This document shows positions 43,039-55,602 of a stretch of DNA of 64,000 nt, piece after piece. The notes beneath the pieces were generated by a model. The model saw nothing but the letters and a program-made list of their open reading frames with translations, ran no database searches and was not told the origin of the DNA. This DNA is from Amoeboaphelidium occidentale. Its lineage: Eukaryota. Both the position numbers and the translations under genes were made by a program. Positions within the stretch are counted from its first letter, which is position 1, and each line of letters starts with the position of its first letter. Where the stretch lies: positions 62,001 through 126,000 of the forward strand of contig JALGPX010000001.1 in NCBI GenBank assembly GCA_023515795.1. Reading direction: 5' to 3'.

Positions 43039-43117
43039 TGAAACAATAAAAATACTTGATAATTTAAAATTCATTCATAAACCATTAATCTTTAAGATAA
43101 GTTCCACAAAAATAATT

Positions 43118-44098
43118 TCACTTGTTTGCCTTCAACTTGAAATAACTCATTATACCGTACCGAGAGAACACTTGCCTCTGAATAAACAAATCGATCACAG
43201 CGTCAACTTCTTTAGCATCTTTAATACCAAGCATATTACTCAACCACTCTGAGAAGTCTTTTTTGGAAATGACACCATCGTCAATTGTGACTTTCTTCAT
43301 GTAAACACGTTTTCCGTCAACCTTCTTCACACCTTCCTCAGAGTCAAAAACATAACTAACAAACTTATCAAAAGTATCCTGAGAAAAATCTTCCATTGAG
43401 ATAGCATCCTTAGAAAGCCTATACAAACTCTGCTCATCATCCTTAATTAATACTTCTTGCCAGTAAACCTTCTTGCGCGAATCTTCTGATACATGAGATT
43501 TCTGTTGAATAGCAACAGGCATTACTAACCAGAATTCATTAGCAAGATACTGAGCCAACTCTATAGCTTGAGAGCGTTCAGTAGTCGAAGGAGCAGCAGC
43601 AGATTGATCAGGGGCGGATCTAGACTGCAAAGCTGCCAAAACAACATCAACATATTCTGAGCCAGTGAATGCTTTAGAGTGCTTCCAACCATAAGCCAAG
43701 AATGTCTTCAGAGTGATATTTCCACGAGCATATTCGATCACATCATCGTAAAGGATTCTCTTGCCAAGGGATGCGCTTTTAGATTTTACCAGAGTCGGAT
43801 GCATGCTACCTTCCGTAGATCCTTCACCTTCAGCTTCCTTCTCAAATGAAACCTCTTCGTTTTGAGTGACTTGATCAACACCATCCTTGTCGTTCTCAGC
43901 AGCTTCATCGGCATCATTAACATTCTGTGGTGTTTGAGGAGGTGTCAAATCTTGTTTGGTGTCCTGATCTACGGGATTTGTAACAACAGCGACCTCTTCA
44001 GGCGCGACTTCTTCCCGCTTTAGGATGACGTGTTCATCCAAGTAACTTTTGCTCAGACTTAATTGGTCAATAATATTTGTGTCTGCCGTGCTTTCCAT
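43118..44098 (-). CDS. Hypothetical protein (acidic N-terminus, possible EF-hand-like C-terminus)
   Basis: 326-aa ATG ORF; DDGVISKKDF. Confidence 0.7.
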   Translation of the reverse strand: MESTADTNIIDQLSLSKSYLDEHVILKREEVAPEEVAVVTNPVDQDTKQDLTPPQTPQNVNDADEAAENDKDGVDQVTQNEEVSFEKEAEGEGSTEGSMHPTLVKSKSASLGKRILYDDVIEYARGNITLKTFLAYGWKHSKAFTGSEYVDVVLAALQSRSAPDQSAAAPSTTERSQAIELAQYLANEFWLVMPVAIQQKSHVSEDSRKKVYWQEVLIKDDEQSLYRLSKDAISMEDFSQDTFDKFVSYVFDSEEGVKKVDGKRVYMKKVTIDDGVISKKDFSEWLSNMLGIKDAKEVDAVIDLFIQRQVFSRYGIMSYFKLKANK

Positions 44099-44501
44099 TT
44101 TTTAGTGACTTTTCAAAATGGATTGGGACAGCCACAATTATTTCCACGTGAAAGCCACATTGAACCGTCCGTTTCAGGTCATTCAGAGCCAAATAGTTTT
44201 TGCACCAGAAGCAATGACGTCACTTCTAACTCTTATTAGTAACCATGGGAATGCGTTGATGTGAGTCTGGATCGCTGCTAAGGTATAACATGGCGCGATA
44301 CAAATCCATCAGGGGTAACGAACCTACTGATCATAGCTAAATTGAAACATCCTTTAAACTAAAATTCTTGCTTCTTGTTCAACCGTATCTTTATTGAAGT
44401 AAATCGTAAACGAAACCTTCTCAACATCCTCCTTCGAATCTTCCAAACAATCGCTTGGTCAAAGCTTCATCCGAAACAAATTTAACAGCAGCACAAAAAA
44501 T

Positions 44502-45453
44502 ATGGTAACCCTTTCAACTTAAACCCTTCTGTGAGGCTGAACTAATATTCCTTAGGCAAGAAGATACGACTCAAGAACAACAATATTTTCACCAGAAGGT
44601 TTGTGCTTTTACATTTCTATAGACAGAACTCATGCTTTTTATAAACAGGTCGTCTTTACCAGGTGGAGTACGCCATGCAAGCGATTTCCAATGCCGGAAC
44701 TGCGCTTGGAGTTTTAGCTACTGACGGAATCGTTTTGGCTGCAGAGAAGAAGACAACTTCAAAGTTGTTGGAACAGACACGCTCCAGTGAGAAGATTTAC
44801 CTTTTGAATGAGTTAGTCTTCTTTTGCTTTTAGTTCGTTGTTGGTAATCTGTTTTTATTTTAGTAATATGGCTGCTGCTGTCGCTGGTCTTACCGCTGAT
44901 GCAAATACTCTTATTAACTATTGTCGCACTTCAGCTCAGCAATATTTGTATCAGTACGGTGAACCAATGCCTTGTGAGCAGTTGGCACAGAAATTATGTG
45001 ACCTGAAACAGGGCTACACTCAGTACGGTGGTCTTCGTCCTTATGGTGTATCATTCTTGTATGCAGGTTGGGATATTCACTATGGATTCCAATTGTATCA
45101 CTCAGATCCAAGTGGAAACTATGCAGGATGGAAGGCACATTGTATTGGTTCTAATGATACTGCGGCACAGTCTATATTGAAACAGGATTATAAGGAAGAT
45201 TTGACTCTGAAGGATGCCATTGCATTAGCGATCAAAGTTCTTAGCAAGACAATGGAAACAACGAATTTGAGTTCGGAAAAGCGTAAGATTTATTTTAATT
45301 CGTTTCTCTTAATTTTTTAAAGTTGAGTTTGCTACTGTTACTCTTGTTGATGGTCCTGATGGCGAGAAGAGGGTCAAGCTCAAGATGTTTTCTCCAACAG
45401 AGATTGAAGCAGTATTGAAGGAGAATAAGCCAGCCCAGGAAGAAGAAAAATAA
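44502..45453 (+). CDS. PRE9: 20S proteasome subunit alpha-3, 5 exons with ATG-only first coding exon
   Basis: [24 protein letters not shown]...[22 protein letters not shown]...SDPSGNY; introns 44505-44555, 44599-44648, ~44811-44863, 45283-45322. Confidence 0.96.
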
Positions 45454-45485
45454 TAAAAACATTCTTTTGTATCCTTCCAAATTAT

Positions 45486-46520
45486 TCAGGGCAGATCCCT
45501 TTTGTAGACTCTGGCGGAATAAAAACAACCATAATTTACCATTTTAGAATTTTCCAAAGGAACAAAAGACAAGTCCATGTGAGAAGAAGTATCATAGAAA
45601 TCAAAAAAAGTCCTGCATTCATCCAGCATGAAACCATTCATGATCATACCATGGTCAAACGCTTGGATCTCTTTACTAAGACTCGGTCTAAGTGGAATTG
45701 TAACATAGAATCTTGAAGCATTTGAAAGCTTGAGGAAATGATTACAAACTTCTGGAACCATTTTTGAGTGAGAATCTTCATAAACTACATCAGAAGCGAT
45801 AATAATATCAAAAGAATTCTCTTTTAAACTCTCGCATGCCTTGTAATTTGTCCAGTCCAATTTGACGACGTCGCAACTCAAATTGTTTACACTCAAGCTT
45901 TTCCTGACGTTATGCAGTACCTGATCATTGAAGTCCGACAATACCATTCGCTCGTTTGAATATCCTTCAGAGTCATAAATCATTTTTACGGCCTGCCCAA
46001 CAAGACCAGTGCCACAGCCAAGTTCCAAGACAGACTTTGCGGAGGGAAATGTAAACATCCTTCGCGATATGATCAATTTAGACATTAACACGCTAGCACC
46101 CCATGTTTTCCAGCCAAGACCCGAATCTGTAAGATTGCCTTCAAAGAGTCTCAGTCTTAAAGGTATAGGGCCTTTGAAATGTATATCAACGTGACAATCT
46201 TCCAGTATTCTTCGATTCCCACTTAAAACATTCATCAATGCACATATTCTGTCCATCAGCTCATAATTATTGGTGCTTTTCATAGCGCTGAGAAGGGTTG
46301 CCCAATGCTCGCTTTTTAAGTCATCAATACTCATGCTTGTGTCTGTAGAGCCATTATCTTGATCATGCAACACGCTTCCTACATCATCACCCAAATGATA
46401 ATGCCCATCATCAGGATAAACTTCGTAAATATCATCGCTATTAACATTTCGTGTTTGCGCTTCAGAAGTTATGCGTTCCAGTGCGATTTCGATCTGTTCC
46501 AGCCTTTCGAGAAGTTGCAT
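45486..46520 (-). CDS. Family-16 protein-lysine methyltransferase (METTL21/Efm2-like)
   Basis: GWKTWGAS, VLELGCGTGLVG, LDW, DIIIASDVVYE. Confidence 0.9.
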   Translation of the reverse strand: MQLLERLEQIEIALERITSEAQTRNVNSDDIYEVYPDDGHYHLGDDVGSVLHDQDNGSTDTSMSIDDLKSEHWATLLSAMKSTNNYELMDRICALMNVLSGNRRILEDCHVDIHFKGPIPLRLRLFEGNLTDSGLGWKTWGASVLMSKLIISRRMFTFPSAKSVLELGCGTGLVGQAVKMIYDSEGYSNERMVLSDFNDQVLHNVRKSLSVNNLSCDVVKLDWTNYKACESLKENSFDIIIASDVVYEDSHSKMVPEVCNHFLKLSNASRFYVTIPLRPSLSKEIQAFDHGMIMNGFMLDECRTFFDFYDTSSHMDLSFVPLENSKMVNYGCFYSARVYKRDLP

Positions 46521-46559
46521 TTTCAGTCTCCACAAAGCCGCTGATTTTGCAAGTGAAGA

Positions 46560-48461
46560 ATGACTTTGGAGACACCACAAAAACTTTCCCTGTCGGTTTT
46601 AAAGATCCTCAAGAAGGACCACAATGAGCACGGCTTAAGGCACGATGACTTTACGAGATACCGAAAGCATTGCATTCGTAAAATTACCAAGTTAAGAAAG
46701 CTCTTGAATTTCCATCACGGGAAAGGAAGGAAGTTTGAGTCGCAGCCTTTGGATAAGCAGCAGGCGATGGTATGGCAGGATGCAAAAGCTAACGAGAATG
46801 CCTCCGAAGTTGAAGATGGTGTTGCACCTGAAGGACTTTGCATGGCGCCTAATGCTGAAAAGTTCCTTCTGATGGTTTTGACTGAAGCTGAAAGAATGTG
46901 GGCTTATGGAATGGAGCAGAAGCAGCTTCTTGAACAGGATACCACAAAGCTTAAAGTTGCTAAGAGAAAGTTGAAGAGGGCACGACAGTTTGCTTCCACG
47001 CTGTTGAATTTGGTTAAATCATGTCCTTCTGGTGACACCGCTCTTGTCGATGGACGTTCTTTGGCTGAAATTGAAGCTTATTCGTTATGGATGGACGCAT
47101 CTTACTACTTTGAAACTCAGGTCAATTGGGAAAGCGCCTTGAAACTGTTTTCGTGCGCAAAGAATGCGTTTGAGTTATTGGCGAAATCTGGGACTCCTGA
47201 AGATATTGCCCTGGCTAATGCGAAAATTGATGAAATTGAACCGAATATGAGATATTGTGCATACATGATCAACCCAAGTTTGTCAATTGATGCTGTTCTC
47301 TCACAAGTCTCAGGAAATGATGGCCACAAGAATGTTATGGCTGCTGCTGAGAGAGCCGTGTCTCCAGAACAGAAGCTACCAGAAATTGAATGGCGTGGCT
47401 ATTCAGCTGTTGTTAGAAACAAAAAGGTTGGTTTGTTATTGTTGGAGATTAGCGAAGTTAAAGCAGAACTTGAAGGAGTTACAGAAGGACAATTGATGGA
47501 AAAGTATGATGAGCTTTTAAACAAGCTCTCTCTAGCTTTAAATATGGCAAAGAATGATGTCATTGCTGATAATGAAGCCTCTGCAAAGGTTACTTCTTCT
47601 AGAACGGAACAAATATCCCTCGATTTGCAGAGTCTCTATGCCTACTTGTTGTGCGAGAAAACCATTGTTACTTTGCAAAGATCTTTTGCGTTGGCCAAAG
47701 CAGTACAGGAAGCATTAACAGACGTCGTTAGCTCAAAATTGCCAGTTTTCAACGGAGCAGTAAAGAAAATGTCATATCCTTATGATAAAAAAGTCAAAGA
47801 TGCTGACATGGCTCGTTTATTTCATGATATGATGCAGAATGTTGGAGAGCTAAGGCAATTGATGGGATTAAAAGATGATCCAACATTTCAACAAGAATCT
47901 GATTTGTTCCAATACTTTTTGAGAGCCTGCAAATGTTACTTCATGTCTAAACACAACCAAACAACCGGAAAACTCGATGAGGCTGTTGAGTTAATGGAAA
48001 GAGCAATCAGATTTTCAGGACAAGCAAGCATGATCAGAATTGGAACGAAAACCAAAGCAGTCAAGGTCTTGTACAGTTTATTTGACATACCAAGTGGTCT
48101 ATCTTCATTGGAAGAATTTTTTGAAAACAAACAGATACATGCAGAAGCAGAAGCTATCATGAAGAAGGGCTTGACTAAAGCTGCTTCATTGAATCGACCA
48201 TGTGAGGAAAGTTTGTTTGAGTTCAACGCACAACTAATGTCTGGAATTGCAAGTGACATTAATTTGGTCAATGTTCCACCTAAAGTAAAGCAGTGTCCTA
48301 ACAAACCTATTGTGTTGGATCTAGCGTATGGAGCATTGGCTGAACTTGTTCCAACTCAGGAATTGCATCAAATGGTAACTGGCGAAAAGCCAAAGGAACA
48401 GGAAGAAAAACAAGAAGGAAAAGGATTAATTGGTAACCTTGTCAGCTGGTGGAGTAAGTAA
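46560..48461 (+). CDS. SRP68: Signal recognition particle subunit SRP68
   Basis: HGLRHDDFTRYRKHC..K...LRK, EAERMWAYGME, IEPNMRYCAY, PNKPIVLDLA. Confidence 0.95.
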   Translation: MTLETPQKLSLSVLKILKKDHNEHGLRHDDFTRYRKHCIRKITKLRKLLNFHHGKGRKFESQPLDKQQAMVWQDAKANENASEVEDGVAPEGLCMAPNAEKFLLMVLTEAERMWAYGMEQKQLLEQDTTKLKVAKRKLKRARQFASTLLNLVKSCPSGDTALVDGRSLAEIEAYSLWMDASYYFETQVNWESALKLFSCAKNAFELLAKSGTPEDIALANAKIDEIEPNMRYCAYMINPSLSIDAVLSQVSGNDGHKNVMAAAERAVSPEQKLPEIEWRGYSAVVRNKKVGLLLLEISEVKAELEGVTEGQLMEKYDELLNKLSLALNMAKNDVIADNEASAKVTSSRTEQISLDLQSLYAYLLCEKTIVTLQRSFALAKAVQEALTDVVSSKLPVFNGAVKKMSYPYDKKVKDADMARLFHDMMQNVGELRQLMGLKDDPTFQQESDLFQYFLRACKCYFMSKHNQTTGKLDEAVELMERAIRFSGQASMIRIGTKTKAVKVLYSLFDIPSGLSSLEEFFENKQIHAEAEAIMKKGLTKAASLNRPCEESLFEFNAQLMSGIASDINLVNVPPKVKQCPNKPIVLDLAYGALAELVPTQELHQMVTGEKPKEQEEKQEGKGLIGNLVSWWSK

Positions 48462-48477
48462 ACGTCTACTAATTGAT

Positions 48478-51268
48478 TTATTTCTTTTTCCCAATACTCA
48501 TTCCCATCCTAACCAAAGTTTCCATGTTTTGCTCTGAATTATTCTTCAAGTCTTCGTCCCAAACAATAGCATCCTTCTTGAAAAATAGAAGAATAGTTGA
48601 GCCGCCAAAAGCAAAGTATCCATGCTCGTCACCTTTCTTAACACTTTCCCCTGTCTTGGATGTAACTTTGATAGAACCAACCATCATGGCGCCGATCATA
48701 ACATAAGCAACCTTCCCATAAGTTGGAGATTCAATGATGGAATAAGCCCTAGTATTCTCCGAGTAAACAGATATAAAAGGAATTCTGATGGCCATAGGAT
48801 TTACTGTGTAGTATTCTCCTTCGATAAAAACGGGATCAGCAGAAACAGTACCGTCAACGGGATGATGAAAACGATGATAATCTTGAGGTGCCAATCTACA
48901 AATACACATGGAGCCACCATCAAAGTAATCGGCTAAATCCTTGTTTTTGAACAAGGTTTCCAAATTAAAGCTTTCACCTTTTATCCATAATCTTTTTGCG
49001 GCATCATTACTCTCGAAAACACCAAGTCTACAGTCCGCCGGGGAAACAATACTAGTTGGATCAGTGTCAATAACTCTAGCACCAGGTATCAATTTTCTGT
49101 AAAAGAATTCGTTGAAGTTATTAAAGTTCGCAGCCAGGAAGTTTTGGTCCAGAAGCCATTCAAGTGTATCATTCTCTTCGATGGCCTTCAAGGCGATGGC
49201 ATTATCAGCATAAAATTCTTTTGGAGGGACTTTGTAATAGACTTCATTCATTTCGAGCCGATGAAATTTCACAAAGTGATCAATTTCTTTAACAGAATTT
49301 GGATCGTTGAATTTTTGGCCTTGCTTTACAGACATATTCTTCAAAAGAGTCTTTACACGCTGTAAATCAATAACAGAAGTTCCTTGATACATAATACGGA
49401 TACCAAGTCGAATGTAAGTTGGCATTTTCTCTTCTACAACTTCCCCAGTGTTTCTAAGCTGAACAAGAATGTTTGCATTTGCCTTTTCAGGTGTGTAAGA
49501 TCCAAATGTGACATACGACGCAATGCGAGAATACCATCTCCTTTGCGCATACGCCTCTGTAAGATAACCGCCAAGCAAAAAACTTCTGAGGTTTCTAGTC
49601 TTGTCGCCATAGATACACAAAGCCATATGATTAATAACATCAAAAAGATCAATACCGTTCTTAGCCGTACCATTCGTTTTGCTTTCAGCTTCTCGACTTC
49701 CTTTTCTTGCAGTCGTATGAATTGACCAAGTGAAGAACTTCTCTGAGCAGAAAGGACAAGAATTATTCTGGACTTTCAAAACAGTCTTTTCCGCAGTATC
49801 AAATAATTCTTTTTCCATTGCCGCAACCAAATCAGCCACAGGAACCTCGTCATTTATTGACCAGCCATACTTTGAGAAAAAACTTACGGCTACTTCATCA
49901 GAGGATTTAAACGCTAAACTTTCAAGCGCAGTTTCGAATTCAATCTTATTCAAAGTTCCTGATTTGTTTGTATCATATTCATCAAAAATACTACTCCACA
50001 TCAATTTTCTCATTTCCTCATAACTTGAGTAAGTGAATCTCAATGTAAGCGTGGAATTGTATTTCTTGAAGCGCTGATCGAGATTCAGTGAATATTCTTT
50101 CTCTAGCATATCCTGACGTAAAACACCATCAAGATTTCTCTCCAGAAACGGAGTGATTTCATCTTTCAAGACAAAAGATACACTTCCTACAAAATCGTTG
50201 TTCGTGATGCTATCAAAGTCATAAACAGACGCTTTCAGTGCAAAACCCATTTGAGATTTCTTAACATTGAAAAACAGCACTTCACCCCAACTTGGATTTA
50301 AAGTATGTCTTTTGAAGCGAGTTTTAAACGACTTCTTACCAAATGATACCACAACAAAAGGATCCATATCAAATCGACCAGGAATGGATGATTTCTGTTT
50401 AGGGAGGTCTTTAGCAGAAACAACTTCAACTTTCAATAAACCATCAAAATCCCTTTTCAAGTCAATTACATCTGATGAGATCGGAATAGAATCTTCAAGG
50501 CTACTTCTACGAGAATCAGAATCTGGCGCCTGTTCAGCAGGAGAATGAACTCCGCTGAACTCCATATTTCCAACAGGAAGTGAAGCTTGACTACCACCTC
50601 TTTTCAAAGTTGTGTAATGATCAACTGTTAATCTATCGAAAGGATCATTCTCTTGTAATGAATGACCATTAGCATCAGCCATTCTAATCTCCTCAGCAAC
50701 AGGATGCAAACCTTTCTTCTCTAAGCGATCCCAAAGCGGATGAGACATTATCGGTTTGGTGTGCTTCCACCCGATCTTTACCAGCACCTCACCAAGATCA
50801 TTATTATTTAGCGCAGCTTCCTGATTGTGAGCCAAGCCACATTGCAACTTGTACCAAACAGGCTGTTCAGATTCAAAACTAAAATCGTAACCATCGGAAG
50901 GCTTAAAATCCATAAGAGGAATACAAACTTCGCCCATGTAATCCTTTCCAAAGAAGTCCTTGTCCCATACGAACTAAAACATTCCGGTAAATGCCTCCCT
51001 CCGGAACTTACGATATGTATCCTTTCTGCGTCAAACTTCTCATTCAAATCGAATCTTAAGGTTTCTTTCCATACCGGATTAAGCGTCTTTTGTATAGATT
51101 TTGTCTGTTTCTTTACTTTCCCAACTTTAACAACGGCAAGAGGATCCGATAGACCTTTTCAAAAACACTTAAGGAAACTTTACAAATAAGGCAGATACCA
51201 TTAGGATCACGACTTGTAAGATTTCTGCCTTCCAAGACTTCCACCATTAATGATGCCTGGCCGCCCAT
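48478..51268 (-). CDS. PSD2: Phosphatidylserine decarboxylase 2 (C2-C2-EF-PSD; introns 51155-51198, 50974-51011)
   Basis: NFNEFFYRKL, SPADCR, RLAPQDYHRFH, FGGST autocleavage motif; C2 domains; EF-hand DTNKSGTLNKIEF. Confidence 0.95.
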
Positions 51269-51379
51269 TTGTGAATGTCTGAGCGCTGGTGAAACTTGAA
51301 TGAATAGAAAAGGCTTGATTGAGACTTCAAAACAAAAACAGGGTTTCCTTACGACGACCATCCAACTCAGCTTAGCAGA

Positions 51380-52799
51380 ATGGTAACATCCTCCTTTAAA
51401 ACTTTGCGCCTGAACTTTAAATTATGTTTAGGGACAAAATCAGTCGTTACCTCCGGGATTTCCAGGTGGAAACCAAAAGAAGGATGAAAAGAAGGAGAAG
51501 AAGAAATGGGAACCACCAGCTGGGCCAACCAGAGTGGGTAAAAAGAAGAGAAAGGGACCAGACCCTACGAATAGACTTCCAGCTGTGTTCCCTTCTACTC
51601 GCTGCAAGCTCAAACTGCTGAGGGGCGAGCGTATCAAAGATTATTTGTTGCTGGAAGAGGAATTTGTAGTTAACCAGGAGCGCTTAAAGCCTAGAGAAGA
51701 AAAGAACCAGGAAGAACGAAATCAAGTCGATTCGCTTAGGGGCAGTCCGTTAGGTGTCGCTACTTTGGAAGAAATTGTTGACGATGACCATGCGATTGTT
51801 TCTGCTGCGACTGGGCCTGAGTATTATGTTTCTATATTAAGTGTCGTTGATAAGGATCTATTAGAACCAGGCTGTACTGTATTGGTTCATCATAAAACAA
51901 TGTCTGTTGTTGGTGTGTTACAGGATGATGCTGATCCAATGGTCAGTGTTATGAAGTTGGAGAAGGCACCTACAGAAAGTTACGCTGATATTGGTGGTTT
52001 AGATCAACAGATTCAAGAAATTAAGGAATCTGTAGAGTTACCATTGACACATCCAGAGTTGTATGAAGAAATGGGTATTCGACCTCCAAAAGGCGTTATT
52101 CTTTATGGTCCACCTGGTACTGGTAAGACTCTTTTGGCTAAGGCTGTTGCCAACCAGACATCTGCTACTTTCTTGCGTGTTGTTGGTTCTGAGTTGATTC
52201 AAAAGTATTTGGGTGAAGGGCCAAAGTTGGTTCGTGAGCTCTTCAAGGTGGCTGAAGAAAATGCGCCTGCAATTGTATTCATTGATGAAATCGATGTAAG
52301 CTTTTTTTGAAATTTAAATGATGTTCTTACTTTTGTTAAGGCTGTTGGTACAAAGAGATACGATTCCAACTCTGGAGGTGAAAAGGAAATCCAGAGAACC
52401 ATGTTGGAACTTTTGAATCAGTTGGATGGATTTGATTCCCGTGGAGATGTTAAAGTCATCATGGCCACAAACAGAATTGATACCTTAGATCCTGCTCTTA
52501 TCAGACCTGGTAGAATCGACAGGAAGATTGAATTTCCACTGCCTGATGTTAAAACAAAGCGCAGAATTTTCGGCATTCATACCGGAAAAATGACTCTTAG
52601 TGAAGATGTTGACTTGGAGGAATTCATCATGTCAAAGGATGATCTTAGCGGTGCTGATATCAAGGCTATTTGTACTGAAGCTGGACTATTAGCTCTAAGA
52701 GAACGCAGAATGAAAGTATGTGCAGATGATTTCAAGAAGGCTCGCGAGAAGGTTTTATACTCCAAAAAGGAAGGCGTTCCAGAAGGTTTATACTTGTAA
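51380..52799 (+). CDS. RPT2: 26S proteasome AAA ATPase Rpt2 (introns 51383-51431, 52296-52340)
   Basis: M|GQNQS myristoylation start, [14 protein letters not shown]-terminal EGLYL. Confidence 0.97.
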
Positions 52800-52874
52800 G
52801 AAAGTCTTGTGGAAAAACAGCGATGCTAAAAATAAACCGCGATCATTTTTCAATCAAGTATTGTTTGAAGTAGC

Positions 52875-55068
52875 ATGTCAAGTTCTGTAGCTGTCGAAGG
52901 CACTGTCACAATCTTGCAGAGGGCAACTGGATTCTTTAGCTTCTGGAATAAAACCACTCCATCTTATGCTAAACTCGTTGACTCAGTTCTTCATGTATAC
53001 TCTTCAAAGAGCACGGTAATATTGATCATGATGATCCGTGGACACTAACCTTTCAGCTCATCCCGACTACTTCATTGTATTTGAATGAATATGATTACGA
53101 AGTGTTACAACTATCTGATTATGTAAATGGAATCGCTATATCAAAGATGTTGCAACACGGAACAGCTGAGACTGTCATTGAGATGATACTCCCCGGCGAG
53201 ACGGAAATGTTCAGCTGGATGAAGAATCTTATAAGAATTCAAGCATTGAAGCAGAATAAGGCGGGTGATCATAGCCTTGTTGAGACGGTAAGATCATCTA
53301 TTTTATGCCAATATCTTATTATGATAGACTGGACCTCTGGCTGCACTTTCAAGGGCATTTAGCGAGTCAAGCAAGGTTCCCAAGATGTCGATTACATTTC
53401 AAAGCGCTGTCACGATAGTTGTAGTATTAAAAAGAGGTTTGAAACGTCGCAGAAGTCGTAATGCTGCAATCTTGATCCAGTCTCTACTGCGAATGCACAT
53501 TCAAAGACAGGCGTACAAGACAAGACTTGATCAGATAGTCACTGTTCAATCTTTAGTGAGGAGATGGCTGCACAGAAATGACCTTCATAATCTAAAATTG
53601 GAAGCATTAGTTAATAAGTACCAACCGCAGCGTACCAGGATCGTGATGGAAATATACGCGACGGAATCGAATTATATTCAGCAACTAGACACCCTTGTCA
53701 AAGTTTTCATGAAGCCCTTAAAAGCTTTGGAGAAAAAGGCTGGCGTAACATCGGATCAGATCATCCAAATATTTGGAAATGTTGATGATATTGTGGAGAA
53801 GCACAGACTGTTTTATGCAGATTTAAGCAAAGCTGTAGAATCATTCAATGAAAATTCTATAGTGTCTGATGCGTTCATTAAGATGACTGAATGGCTGGCT
53901 ATTTACATTCCATATTGCAATAATTTTGATGAAGCGAAAGCTACTCTCGCGAAATGTCAGAAAATACCTGCTTTTCAGAGCTTCATCGAAACGGTTGATG
54001 CTGTTAAAACGTTGAAGAGACTGGATATTAATTCATTTCTGATCCTTCCAGTACAAAGGATTCCAAGATATGAATTATTGTTAAAGGATCTTATAAAGAA
54101 AACGTGGGATACTCATCCTGACTATGATAATTTAAATGTTGCGCTTGGAAAGATAAGAGAAGCCGCAAAACAAGTGAACCGAGCCAAATCTTACAATGAG
54201 AGCAAACACAGAATTGCATCAATTCAGTCTCACATACATACAGCAAGACCTTTATCTTCAGGAAGTCAAACATTATCTCTTGGCTCTATTAAGTTTGGCG
54301 ATTCATCTAACCAGCTAGAGCAGAGGTATGTTGGCGAGGGTCCATTGGTTTATCAGGAACTGCGTAAAGTCATAGGCAAAGGCAAATCTGTGACTGCAAT
54401 CCACGACATTGATGATATTCTAGCACAAGACGATGACAATACAACTAGTAATTTTACGCTCACTCACTCAACTAATTTTAGATTTCTCCTACGAAAAAGA
54501 AGGTAAAGAAATCCAAGTATACGGTTTCCTGTTTCATGATACACTAGTCCTTACAAAAAGAGGAAAGCAGAACGATCTTTCCTTAAAATTAAGCGGACCA
54601 AACAGGCGTGCAACATTTAAGTATGATCATTTCCTGAACATATCTTTAGAAAGGGCATCTTTGGATAATGCGTCTGTTGTGGAGAAAAGCAAAGAGAACA
54701 GTTTTGTTCTTCAGTCGGCGGATGAAAGGTATCACAAGTTTCAAGCTGAAAACGCGGAATCCAGAAAGAAATGGATAAATGATATACAAGAAGCTTTTGA
54801 TCAATTATCCAAAGCTCAAGAAGTTTCCATAGCAGCTGATATTTCAGATTTATTATCAACCAGTTCGATAGCTGAACTCGAAGAACCAAAAGATATGTTG
54901 GACATTGAGAGTCATTACAGTTCTAATGCGAGCTCAATTAAAAGTCCTTCTGGACCATCAAAAGAGAAGTCGAAGTTGTTTCCAAAACTTTTCAGGAGTA
55001 GTGATACTCTAGACTTACCAAAACAGAAGGGCAATAAGAAAGGCTCTCACTTGGCCCTGAACCAGTGA
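52875..55068 (+). CDS. Rho GEF with PH-like, IQ, DH and PH domains (introns 53016-53056, 53288-53327, 54448-54481)
   Basis: IQSLLRMHIQR and VQSLVRRWLHR IQ motifs; EIYATESNY and LILPVQRIPRYELLLKDL DH; FLFHDTLVL...RKKWINDI PH; three GT-AG introns restore one frame. Confidence 0.88.
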
Positions 55069-55096
55069 TATAATAGACGATAAACGGATAATTTTA

Positions 55097-55602
55097 TTAC
55101 TGTTTCTTGTACTTGACCATTTCCAATGCTGCATAAGCCCAATCCTTGCCGTGATTATGTGATCCTTCCAACAAGCCAGCTCGCGCTTCAGCCTGTTCCT
55201 CAGTCAGACACGTCAACACTCCAAAAATCACAGGGCACATAGTTTCAAGCTGAACCCTCATTAGACCATCACTTACAGCAGACGAAATGTACTCAAAATG
55301 CATTGTTTGGCCCTTAATAAGAACACCAATAGTAATTATTGCATCGTGCTTGAAAGTGACAGCTAGAGACTTTGCAGCAAATGGAAGCTCATAAGATCCC
55401 GGAACCGCGTGTACTTCTACAACGGAATCAAACTCTTTGAGGACACTGATTGTCTCTTGAACCAATGCACCAACAACCTTCTCATTCCATCGTGTGTGGA
55501 CTATTGATGGTGAATACTTTGGCAAGTAAAATTACTTATTGCGATGTTTTTTCCACGCGGCAGCAAATGCAAAGGCGGCGACTGAACTCCTGTTCCGACC
55601 AT
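55097..55602 (-). CDS. RIB4: Lumazine synthase (intron 55501-55535)
   Basis: HTRWN, VPGSYELP, GVLIKGQTMHFEYI, PVIFGVLTC, HNHG. Confidence 0.96.
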
